Assembly (NCBI GenBank): GCA_964247055.1
Contig: OZ176051.1
Span: 11,718,001-11,782,000 of the forward strand
Origin: Paragordius varius
Taxonomy: Eukaryota > Animalia > Nematomorpha
Direction: 5' to 3'
DNA length: 64,000 nucleotides
Shown: positions 51,401 to 64,000 of the stretch, in pieces
How positions within the stretch are numbered: the stretch's first letter is position 1
Layout of the letters: every line of letters begins with the position of its first letter
Position numbers and translations under genes: made by a program
The notes under the pieces: generated by a model
The model's input: only the letters and a program-made list of their open reading frames with translations
Databases searched by the model: none
Told to the model about the DNA's origin: nothing

Positions 51401-54400
51401 TTGTTGGAAAACTAAAATATTATTGGTTAATATATTTAGATTGTTGGGAATATTATTTGATTGTTGAAAAAATATGGTTGATTTTTGGAAATACTAAAAT
51501 ATTCTCGGGTAATATATTTTGATTGTTGGAAATAATAAAATATTTTTGGGTAATATATTTTGATTGTTGGGAGCTTTATTTGATTGTTGAAAAAATATGG
51601 TTGATTGTTGGAAATACTAAAATATTCTTAGGTAATATATTTTGATTGTTGGAAGTACTAAATTATTTGTGGGTAATATATTTAGATTGTTGGGAAAATT
51701 ATTTGATTGTTGAAAATATATGGTTGATTGTTGGAAATACTAAAATATTCTTAGGTAATATATTTTGATTGTTGGAAGTACTAAATTATTTGTGGGTAAT
51801 ATATTTAGATTGTTGGGAATATTATTTGATTGTTGAAAATATATGGTTGATTGTTGGAAATAATAAAATATTTGTGGGTAATATATTTTGATTGTTGAAA
51901 GTTTTATTTGATTATGAAAAAATATGGTTGATTGTTGGACATACTAAAATATTCTTGGGTAATATATGTTGATGGAAAACTAAAATATTATTGGTTAATA
52001 TATTTTGATTGTTGGGAATATTATTTGATTGTTAAAAAATATGGGTTTGGAAATATTAAAATATTATTGGGTAATATATGTTGATTGTTGAAAAACAAAA
52101 ATATTATTGGTTAATATTTTTTGATTGTTGGGAATATTATTTGATTGTTCAAAAATATGGGTGAATGTTGGAAATAGTATAATATTATTATGTAAGTTGT
52201 AAAAATATGGTTGATTGTTGGAAATACTAAAATATTCTTAGGTAATATATTTTGATTGTTGGAAATAATAAAATATTTGTGGGTAATATATTTTGATTGT
52301 TTGGCATATTATTTGATTGTTCAAAAAATATGGGTGATTGTTGGAAATATTAAAATATTATTTGATAAGTTGAAAAAATATGGCTGATTGTTGGAAATAC
52401 TAAAAAATTCTTGGGTAATATATGTAGATTGTTGGAAAACTAAAATATTATTGGTTAATATATTTTGATTGTTGGGAATATTATTTGATTGTTTAAAAAA
52501 TATGGTTGAGTTTTGGAAATACTATAATATTATTGGGTAAGCTAAAAAAATATGGTTGATTGTTGGAAATACTAAAATATTCTTAGGTAATATATTTTGA
52601 TTGTTGGAAATAATAAAATATTTGTGGGTAATATATTTTGATTGTTGGGAGTTTTATTTGATTGTTGAAAAAATATGGTTGATTGTTGGAAATACTAAAA
52701 TATTCTTAGGTAATATATTTTGATTGTTGGAAATAATAAAATATTTGTGGGTAATATATTTTGATTGTTGGGAGTTTTATTTGATTGTTGAAAAAATATG
52801 GTTGATTGTTGGAAATACTAAAATATTATTGGTTAATATATTATATTGTTGGGAATATTATTTGATTGTTTAAAAAATATGGCTGATTGTTGGAAATACT
52901 AAAATATTCTTGGGTAATATATGTTGATTGTTGGAAAACTAAAATATTATTGGTTAATATATTTTGATTGTTGGGAATATTATTTGATTGTTTAAAAAAT
53001 ATGGTTGAGTTTTGGAAATACTATAATATTATTGGGTAAGCTAAAAAAATATGGTTGATTGTTGGAAATACTAAAATATTCTTAGGTAATATATTTTGAT
53101 TGTTGGAAATAATAAAATATTTGTGGGTAATATATTTTGATTGTTGGGAGTTTTATTTGATTGTTGAAAAAATATGGTTGATTGTTGGAAATACTAAAAT
53201 ATTCTTAGCTAATATATTTTGATTGTTGGAAATAATAAAATATTTGTGGGTAATATATTTTGATTGTTGGGAGTTTTATTTGATTGTTAAAAAAATATGG
53301 CTGATTGTTGGAAATACTAAAATATTCTTGGGTAATATATGTTGATTGTTGGGATTATTTGATTGTTTAAAAAATATGGGTGAATGTTGGAAATACTATA
53401 ATATTATTGGGTAAGTTAAAAAAATATGGTTGATTGTTGGAAATGCTAAAATATTCTTAGGTAATATATTTTGATTGTTGAAAATAATTAAATATTTGTG
53501 GGTAATATATTTTTATTGTTGCGAGTTTTATTTGATTGTTAAAATATATGGGTGATTGTTGGAAATACTAAAATATTCTTAGGTAATATATTTTGATTGT
53601 TGGAAATAATAAAATATTAGTGGGTAATATATTTTTATTGTTGCGAGTTTTATTTGATTGTTAAAATATATGGGTGATTGTTGGAAATACTAAAATATTC
53701 TTAGGTAATATATTTTGATTGTTGGAAATAATAAAATATTTGTGGGTAATATATTTTGATTGTTGGGGGTTTTATTTCATTGTTAAAAAATATGGGTGAT
53801 TGTTGGAAATACTAAAATATTCTTAGGTAATATATTTTGATTGTTGGAAATAATAAAATATTTGTGGGTAATATATTTTGATTGTTGGGAGTTTTATTTG
53901 ATTGTTAAAAAATATGGGTGATTGTTGGAAATACTAAAATATTCTTAGGTAATATATTTTGATTGTTGGAAATAATAAAATATTTGTGGGTAATATATTT
54001 AGATTGTTGGGAAAATTATTAGATTGTTGAAAAAATATGCGTGATTGATGGAAATACTATAATATTATTTTATAAGTTGAAAAAATATGGTTGATTTTTG
54101 GAAATACTAAAATATTCTTAGGTTATATATTTTGATTGATGGAAAACTAAAATATTATTGGTTAATATGTTTTGATTGTTGGGATTATTTGATTGTTTAA
54201 AAAATATGGTTGAGTTTTGGAAATACTAAAATATTCTTGGGTAATATATGTTGATTATTGGAAAACTAAAATATTATTGGTTAATATATTTTGATTGTTG
54301 GGAATATTATTTGATTGTTTAAAAAATATGGTTGAGTTTTGGAAATACTAAAATATTCTTAGGTAAATTTTGATTGTTGGAAATAATAAAATATTCTTAG

Positions 54401-57400
54401 GTAATATATTTTGATTGTTGGAAATAATAAAATATTTGTGGGTAATATATTTTTATTGTTGCGAGTTTTATTTGATTGTTAAAATATATGGGTGATTGTT
54501 GGAAATACTAAAATATTCTTAGGTAATATATTTTGATTGTTGGGAATATTATTTGATTGAAAAAATATGGGTTTGGAAATATTAAAATATTATTGGGTAA
54601 TATATGTTGATTGTTGGAAAACAAAAATATTATTGGTTAATATATTTTGATTGTTGGGAATATTATTTGATTGTTTAAAAATATGGGTGAATGTTGGAAA
54701 TACTATAATATTATTATGTAAGTTGAAAAAATATGGTTGATTGTTGGAAATACTAAAATATTCTTAGGTAATATATTTTGATTGTTGGAAATAATAAAAT
54801 ATTTGTGGGTAATATATTTTGATTGTTTGGCATATTATTTGATTGTTCAAAAAATATGGGTGATTGTTGGAAATATTAAAATATTATTTGGTAAGTTGAA
54901 AAAATATGGCTGATTGTTGGAAATACTAAAATATTCTTAGGTAATATATTTTGATTGTTGGGGATATTATTTGATTGAAAAATTATGGGTTTGGAAATAT
55001 TAAAATATTATTGGGTAATATATGTAGATTGTTGGAAAACTAAAATATTATTGGTTAATATATTTTGATTGTTGGGAATATTATTTGATTGTTTAAAAAA
55101 TATGGTTGAGTTTTGGAAATACTAAAATATTCTTAGCTAATATATTTTGATTGTTGGAAATAATAAAATATTTGTGGGTAATATATTTTGATTGTTGGGA
55201 GTTTTATTTGATTGTTGAAAAAATATGGTTGATTGTTGGAAATACTAAAATATTCTTAGGTAATATATTTTGATTGTTGGAAGTACTAAATTATTTGTGG
55301 GTAATATATTTAGATTGTTGGGAATATTATTTGATTGTTTAAAAAATATGGTTGAGTTTTGGAAATACTAAAATATTCTTAGGTAATATATTTTGATTGT
55401 TGGAAATAATAAAATATTTGTGGGTAATATATTTTTATGGTTGCGAGTTTTATTTGATTGTTGAAAAAATATGGTTGATTGTTGGAAATACTAAAATATT
55501 ATTGGTTAATATATTAAATTGTTAAGAATATTATTTGATTGTTTAAAAAATATGGCTGATTGTTGGAAATACTAAAATATTCTTGGGTAATATATGTTCA
55601 TTGTTGGAAAACTAAAATATTATTGGTTAATATATTTTGATTGTTGGGAATATTATTTGATTGTTTAAAAAATATGGGTGAATGTTGGAAATACTATAAT
55701 ATTATTGGGTAAGTTAAAAAAATATGGTTGATTGTTGGAAATACTAAAATATTCTTAGGTAATATATTTTGATTGTTGGAAATAATAAAATATTTGTGGG
55801 TAATATATTTTTATTGTTGCGAGTTTTATTTGATTGTTGAAAAAATATGGTTGATTGTTGGAAATACTAAAATATTATTGGTTAATATATTAAATTGTTG
55901 GGAATATTATTTGATTGTTTAAAAAATATGGGTGAATGTTGGAAATACTATAATATTATTGGGTAAGTTAAAAAAATATGGTTGATTGTTGGAAATACTA
56001 AAATATTCTTAGGTAATATATTTTGATTGTTGGAAATAATAAAATATTTGTGGGTAATATATTTTTATTGTTGCGAGTTTTATTTGATTGTTGAAAAAAT
56101 ATGGTTGATTGTTGGAAATACTAAAATATTCTTGGGTAATATATGTTGATTGTTGGGATTATTTGATTGTTTAAAAAATATGGGTGAATGTTGGAAATAC
56201 TATAATATTATTGGGTAAGTTAAAAAAATATGGTTGATTGTTGGAAATGCTAAAATATTCTTAGGTAATATATTTTGATTGTTGGAAATAATAAAATATT
56301 TGTGGGTAATATATTTTTATTGTTGCGAGTTTTATTTGATTGTTAAAATATATGGGTGATTGTTGGAAATACTAAAATATTCTTAGGTAATATATTTTGA
56401 TTGTTGGAAATAATAAAATATTTGTGGGTAATATATTTTGATTGTTGGGAGTTTTATTTGATTGTTAAAAAATATGGGTGATTTTTGGAAATACTAAAAT
56501 ATTCTTAGGTAATATATTTTGATTGTTGGAAATAATAAAATATTTGTGGGTAATATATTTTGATTGTTGGGGGTTTTATTTCATTGTTAAAAAATATGGG
56601 TGATTGTTGGAAATACTAAAATATTCTTAGGTAATATATTTTGATTGTTGGAAATAATAAAATATTTATGGGTAATATATTTTGATTGTTGGGAGTTTTA
56701 TTTGATTGTTAAAAAATATGGGTGATTGTTGGAAATAATAAAATATTCTTAGGTAATATATTTTGATTGTTGGAAATAATAAAATATTTGTGGGTAATAT
56801 ATTTAGATTGTTGGGAAAATTATTAGATTGTTGAAAAAATATGCGTGATTGATGGAAATACTATAATATTATTTTATAAGTTGAAAAAATATGGTTGATT
56901 GTTGGAAATACTAAAATATTCTTAGGTTATATATTTTGATTGATGGAAAACTAAAATATTATTGGTTAATATGTTTTGATTGTTGGGATTATTTGATTGT
57001 TTAAAAAATATGGTTGAGTTTTGGAAATACTAAAATATTCTTGGGTAATATATGTTGATTATTGGAAAACTAAAATATTATTGGTTAATATATTTTGATT
57101 GTTGGGAATATTATTTGATTGTTTAAAAAATATGGTTGAGTTTTGGAAATACTAAAATATTCTTAGGTAAATTTTGATTGTTGGAAATAATAAAATATTC
57201 TTAGGTAATATATTTTGATTGTTGGAAATAATAAAATATTTGTGGGTAATATATTTTTATTGTTGCGAGTTTTATTTGATTGTTAAAATATATGGGTGAT
57301 TGTTGGAAATACTAAAATATTCTTAGGTAATATATTTTGATTGTTGGGAATATTATTTGATTGAAAAAATATGGGTTTGGAAATATTAAAATATTATTGG

Positions 57401-60400
57401 GTAATATATGTTGATTGTTGGAAAACAAAAATATTATTGGTTAATATATTTTGATTGTTGGGAATATTATTTGATTGTTTAAAAATATGGGTGAATGTTG
57501 GAAATACTATAATATTATTATGTAAGTTGAAAAAATATGGTTGATTGTTGGAAATACTAAAATATTCTTAGGTAATATATTTTGATTGTTGGAAATAATA
57601 AAATATTTCTGGGTAATATATTTTGATTGTTTGGCATATTATTTGATTGTTCAAAAAATATGGGTGATTGTTGGAAATATTAAAATATTATTTGGTAAGT
57701 TGAAAAAATATGGCTGATTGTTGGAAATACTAAAATATTCTTAGGTAATATATTTTGATTGTTGGGAATATTATTTGATTGAAAAAATATGGGTTTGGAA
57801 ATATTAAAATATTATTGGGTAATATATGTAGATTGTTGGAAAACTAAAATATTATTGGTTAATATATTTTGATTGTTGGGAATATTATTTGATTGTTTAA
57901 AAAATATGGTTGAGTTTTGGAAATACTAAAATATTCTTAGCTAATATATTTTAATTGTTGTAAATAATAAAATATTTGTGGGTAATATATTTTGATTGTT
58001 GGGAGTTTTATTTGATTGTTGAAAAAATATGGTTGATTGTTGGAAATACTAAAATATTCTTAGGTAATATATTTTGATTGTTGGAAATAATATAATATTT
58101 GTGGGTAATATATTTTGATTGTTGGGAGTTTTATTTGATTGTTGAAAAAATATGGTTGATTGTTGGAAATACTAAAATATTCTTAGGTAATATATTTTGA
58201 TTGTTGGAAGTACTAAATTATTTGTGGGTAATATATTTAGATTGTTGGGAATATTATTTGATTGTTGAAAATATATGGTTGATTGTTGCAAATACTAAAA
58301 TATTCTTAGGTAATATATTTTGATTGTTGGAAATAATAAAATATTTGTGGGTAATATATTTTTATTGTTGCGAGTTTTATTTGATTGTTGAAAAAATATG
58401 GTTTATTGTTGGAAATACTAAAATATTATTGGTTAATATATTAAATTGTTAAGAATATTATTTGATTGTTTAAAAAATATGGCTGATTGTTGGAAATACT
58501 AAAATATTCTTGGGTAATATATGTTCATTGTTGGAAAACTAAAATATTATTGGGTAATATATGTTCATTGTTGGAAAACTAAAATATTATTGGTTAATAT
58601 ATTTTGATTGTTGGGAATATTATTTGATTGTTTAAAAAATATGGGTGAATGTTGGAAATACTATAATATTATTGGGTAAGTTAAAAAAATATGGTTGATT
58701 GTTGGAAATACTAAAATATTCTTAGGTAATATATTTTGATTGTTGGAAATAATAAAATATTTGTGGGTAATATATTTTTATTGTTGCGAGTTTTATTTGA
58801 TTGTTGAAAAAATATGGTTGATTGTTGGAAATACTAAAATATTATTGGTTAATATATTAAATTGTTGGGAATATTATTTGATTGTTTAAAAAATATGGCT
58901 GATTGTTGGAAATACTAAAATATTCTTGGGTAATATATGTTGATTGTTGGTAATATTATTTGATTGTTTAAAAAATATGGGTGAATGTTGGAAATACTAT
59001 AATATTATTGGGTAAGTTAAAAAAATATGGTTGATTGTTGGAAATACTAAAATATTCTTAGGTAATATATTTTGATTGTTGGAAATAATAAAATATTTGT
59101 GGGTAATATATTTTGATTGTTGGGAGTTTTATTTGATTGTTAAAAAATATGGGTGATTGTTGGAAATACTAAAATATTCTTAGGTAATATATTTTGATTG
59201 TTGGAAATAATAAAATATTTGTGGGTAATATATTTTGATTGTTGGGAGTTTTATTTGATTGTTAAAAAATATGGGTGATTGTTGGAAATACTAAAATATT
59301 CTTAGGTAATATATTTTGATTGTTGGAAATAATAAAATATTTGTGGGTAATATATTTAGATTGTTGGGAAAATTATTAGATTGTTGAAAAAATATGCGTG
59401 ATTGATGGAAATACTATAATATTATTGGATAAGTTGAAAAAATATGGTTGATTGTTGGAAATACTAAAATATTCTTAGGTAATATATTTTGATTGATGGA
59501 AAACTAAAATATTATTGGTTAATATGTTTTGATTGTTGGGATTATTTGATTGTCTAAAAAATATGGTTGAGTTTTGGAAATACTAAAATATTCTTGGGTA
59601 ATATATGTTGATTATTGGAAAATTAAAATATTATTGGTTAATATATTTTGATTGTTGGGAATATTAGATTGTTTAAAAAATATGGGTAAATGTTGGAAAT
59701 ACTATAATATTGTTGGGTAAGTTGAAAAAATATTGTTGATTGTTGGAAATACTAAAATATTCTTAGGTAATATATTTTGATTGTTGGAAATAATAAAATA
59801 TTTGTGGGTAATATATTTTGATTGTTGGGAGTTTTATTTGATTGTTAAAAAATATGGGTGATTGTTGGAAATACCAAAATATTCTTAGGTAATATATTTT
59901 GATTGTTGGAAGTACTAAAATATTTGTGGGTAATATATTTAGATTGTTGGGAAAATTATTAGATTGTTGAAAAAATATGCGTGATTGTTGGAAATACTAT
60001 AATATTATTGGATAAGTTGAAAAAATATGGTTGATTGTTGGAAATACTAAAATATTCTTAGGTAATATATTTTGATTGATGGAAAACTAAAATATTATTG
60101 GTTAATATGTTTTGATTGTTGGGATTATTTGATTGTCTAAAAAATATGGTTGAGTTTTGGAAATACTAAAATACTTGGGTATGTTGATTATTGGAAAACT
60201 AAAATATTATTGGTTAATATATTTTGATTGTTGGGAATATTAGATTGTTTAAAAAATATGGGTGAATGTTGAAAATACTATAATATTATTGGGTAAGTTA
60301 AAAAAATATGGTTGATTGTTGGAAATACTAAAATATTCTTAGGTAATATATTTTGATTGTTGGAAATAATAAAATATTTGTGGGTAATCTATTTTTATTG

Positions 60401-63400
60401 TTGCGAGTTTTATTTGATTGTTGAAAAAATATGGTTGATTGTTGGAAATACTAAAATATTCTTAGGTAATATATTTTGATTGTTGGAAATAATAAAATAT
60501 TTGTGGGTAATATATTTTGATTGTTGGGAGTTTTATTTGATTGTTGAAAAAATATGGTTGATTGTTGGAAATACTAAAATATTCTTAGGTAATATATTTT
60601 GATTGTTGGAAATAATAAAATATTTGTGGGTAATATATTTTGATTGTTGGAAATAATAAAATATTTGTGGGTAATATATTTTGATTGTTGGGAGTTTTAT
60701 TTGATTGTTGAAAAAATATGGTTGATTGTTGGAAATACTAAAATATTATTGGTTAATATATTATATTGTTGGGAATATTATTTGATTGTTTAAAAAATAT
60801 GGCTGATTGTTGGAAATACTAAAATATTCTTGGGTAATATATGTTGATTGTTGGAAAACTAAAATATTATTGGGTAATATATGTTCATTGTTGGAAAACT
60901 AAAATATATTGGTTAATATATTTTGATTGTTGGTAATATTATTTGATTGTTTAAAAAATATGGGTGAATGTTGAAAATACTATAATATTATTGGGTAAAT
61001 TAAAAAAATATGGTTGATTGTTGGAAATACTAAAATATTCTTAGGTAATATATTTTGATTGTTGGAAATAATAAAATATTTGTGGGTAATATATTTTTAT
61101 TGTTTGGCATATTATTTGATTGTTCAAAAAATATGGGTGATTGTTGGAAATATTAAAATATTATTTGATAAGTTGAAAAAATATGGCTGATTGTTGGAAA
61201 TACTAAAAAATTCTTGGGTAATATATGTAGATTGTTGGAAAACTAAAATATTATTGGTTAATATATATTGATTGTTGGGAATATTATTTGATTGTTTAAA
61301 AAATATGGTTGAGTTTTGGAAATACTAAAATATTCTTAGGTAATATATTTTGATTGTTGGAAATAATAAAATATTTGTGGGTAATATATTTTGATTGTTG
61401 GGAGTTTTATTTGATTGTTGAAAAAATATGGTTGATTGTTGGAAATACTAAAATATTATTGGTTAATATATTAAATTGTTGGGAATATTATTTGATTGTT
61501 TAAAAAATATGGCTGATTGTTGGAAATACTAAAATATTCTTGGGTAATATATGTTCATTGTTGGAAAATTAAAATATTATTGGGTAATATATGTTCATTG
61601 TTGGAAAAAAAATATTATTGGTTAATATATTTTGATTGTTGGTAATATTATTTGATTGTTTAAAAAATATGGGTGAATGTTGGAAATACTATAATATTAT
61701 TGGGTAAGTTAAAAAAATATGGTTGATTGTTGGAAATACTAAAATATTCTTAGGTAATATATATTGATTGTTGGAAATAATAAAATATTTGTGGGTAATA
61801 TATTTTGATTTTTGGGAGTTTTATTTGATTGTTGAAAAAATATGGTTGATTGTTGGAAATACTAAAATATTCTTAGGTAATATATTTTGATTGTTGGAAT
61901 AATAAAATATTTGTGGGTAATATATTTTTATTGTTCCGAGTTTTATTTGATTGTTGAAAAAATATGGTTGATTGTTGGAAATACTAAAATATTATTGGTT
62001 AATATATTATATTGTTGGGAATATTATTTGATTGTTTAAAAAATATGGCTTTATTGTTGGAAATACTAAAATATTATTGGGTAATATATGTTCATTGTTG
62101 GAAAACTAAAATATTATTGGTTAATATATTTTGATTGTTGGTAATATTATTTGATTGTTTAAAAAATATGGGTGAATGTTGGAAATACTATAATATTATT
62201 GGGTAAGTTAAAAAAATATGGTTGATTGTTGACTAAAATATTCTTAGGTAATATATTTTGATTGTTGGAAATAATAAAATATTTGTGGGTAATATATTTT
62301 TATTGTTTGGCATATTATTTGAATGTTCAAAAAATATGGGTGATTGTTGGAAATATTAAAATATTATTTGATAAGTTGAAAAAATATGGCTGATTGTTGG
62401 AAATACTAAAAAATTCTTGGGTAATATATGTAGATTGTTGGAAAACTAAAATATTATTGGTTAATATATTTTGATTGTTGGGAATATTATTTGATTGTTT
62501 AAAAAATATGGTTGATTGTTGGAAATACTAAAATATTCTTAGGTAATATATTTTGATTGTTGGAAATAATAAAATATTTGTGGGTAATATATTTTGATTG
62601 TTGGGAGTTTTATTTGATTGTTGAAAAAATATGGTTGATTGTTGGAAATACTAAAATATTCTTAGGTAATATATTTTGATTGTTGGAAGTACTAAATTAT
62701 TTGTGGGTAATATATTTAGATTGTTGGGAATATTATTTGATTGTTGAAAATATATGGTTGATTGTTGGAAATACTAAAATATTCTTAGGTAATATATTTT
62801 GATTGTTGGAAATAATAAAATATTTGTGGGTAATATATTTTTATTGTTGCGAGTTTTATTTGATTGTTGAAAAAATATGGTTGATTGTTGGAAATACTAA
62901 AATATTATTGGTTAATATATTAAATTGTTAAGAATATTATTTGATTGTTTAAAAAATATGGCTGATTGTTGGAAATACTAAAATATTATTGGTTAATATA
63001 TGTTCATTGTTGGAAAACTAAAATATTATTGGGTAATATATGTTCATTGTTGGAAAACTAAAATATTATTGGTTAATATATTTTGATTGTTGGTAATATT
63101 ATTTGATTGTTTAAAAAATATGGGTGAATGTTGGAAATACTATAATATTATTGGGTAAGTTAAAAAAATATGGTTGATTGTTGGAAATACTAAAATATTC
63201 TTAGGTAATATATTTTGATTGTTGGAAATAATAAAATATTTGCGGGTAATATATTTTGATTGTTGGGAGTTTTATTTGATTGTTGAAAAAATATGGTTGA
63301 TTGTTGGAAATACTAAAATATTCTTAGGTAATATATTTTGATTGTTGGAAATAATAAAATATTTGCGGGTAATATATTTTTATTGTTCCGAGTTTTATTT

Positions 63401-64000
63401 GATTGTTGAAAAAATATGGTTGATTGTTGGAAATACTAAAATATTATTGGTTAATATATTATATTGTTGGGAATATTATTTGATTGTTTAAAAAATATGG
63501 TTGATTGTTGGAAATACTAAAATATTATTGGTTAATATATTATATTGTTGGGAATATTATTTGATTGTTTAAAAAATATGGCTGATTGTTGGAAATACTA
63601 AAATATTCTTGGGTAATATATGTTGATTGTTGGAAAACTAAAATATTATTGGGTAATATATGTTCATTGTTGGAAAACTAAAATATTATTGGTTAATATA
63701 TTTTGATTGTTGGTAATATTATTTGATTGTTTAAAAAATATGGGTGAATGTTGGAAATACTATAATATTATTGGGTAAGTTAAAAAAATATGGTTGATTG
63801 TTGGAAATGCTAAAATATTCTTAGGTAATATATTTTGATTGTTGGAAATAATAAAATATTTGTGGGTAATATATTTTTATTGTTGCGAGTTTTATTTGAT
63901 TGTTAAAATATATGTGTGATTGTTGGAAATACTAAAATATTCTTAGGTAATATATTTTGATTGTTGGAAATAATAATATATTTGTGGGTAATATATTTTG
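48495..64000 (+). repeat. Homogenised AT-rich satellite array (41+41+20+21 = 123-bp and 82-bp monomers, with higher-order repeats); runs off window end
   Basis: For example GATTGTTGGAAATAC at 52558, 52681 and 52804 (period 123). Variant markers repeat at 794, 2804 and 583 bp. Confidence 0.97.

Noticed and set aside
40575-64000. CRISPR-like regularly spaced repeats
   Set aside because: The intervening sequences are themselves repeated variants rather than unique spacers, there are no cas genes, and the context is eukaryotic. It is a satellite.

Overview
Very AT-rich eukaryotic DNA. It is most likely from an invertebrate metazoan, inferred from a NALF/FAM155 gene, Mag-type Ty3/gypsy elements and mariners; I cannot name the taxon. 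Two host genes can be reconstructed by hand. The first is a complete 5-exon SSR2/TRAP-beta gene (minus strand, 3191-4208) that the ORF track misses because it is broken by 26-, 45- and 22-nt introns plus one of 346 nt. The second is a 3-exon NALCN auxiliary factor gene (NALF/FAM155/Mid1-like; plus strand, 26362-38681, about 889 aa) with an 8.4-kb first intron and a long unassigned luminal extension. The rest is repetitive: hAT MITEs and a Blackjack-like hAT relic with perfect 8-bp TSDs, a non-autonomous Helitron family (one copy carries a captured ~310-bp tandem array), two mariner relics, and CACAGTG-ended repeats. There is also a nested and inversion-scrambled pair of Mag-like LTR retrotransposons (8.6-13.4 kb). 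From ~40.6 kb to the window end lies a hierarchical AT-rich satellite (20-21 bp > 41 > 82/123 bp > higher-order repeats) with an inverted block that holds an RT-deleted LTR element with a 5-bp TSD. I found no rRNA, tRNA or CRISPR array. All alignments were made by eye.
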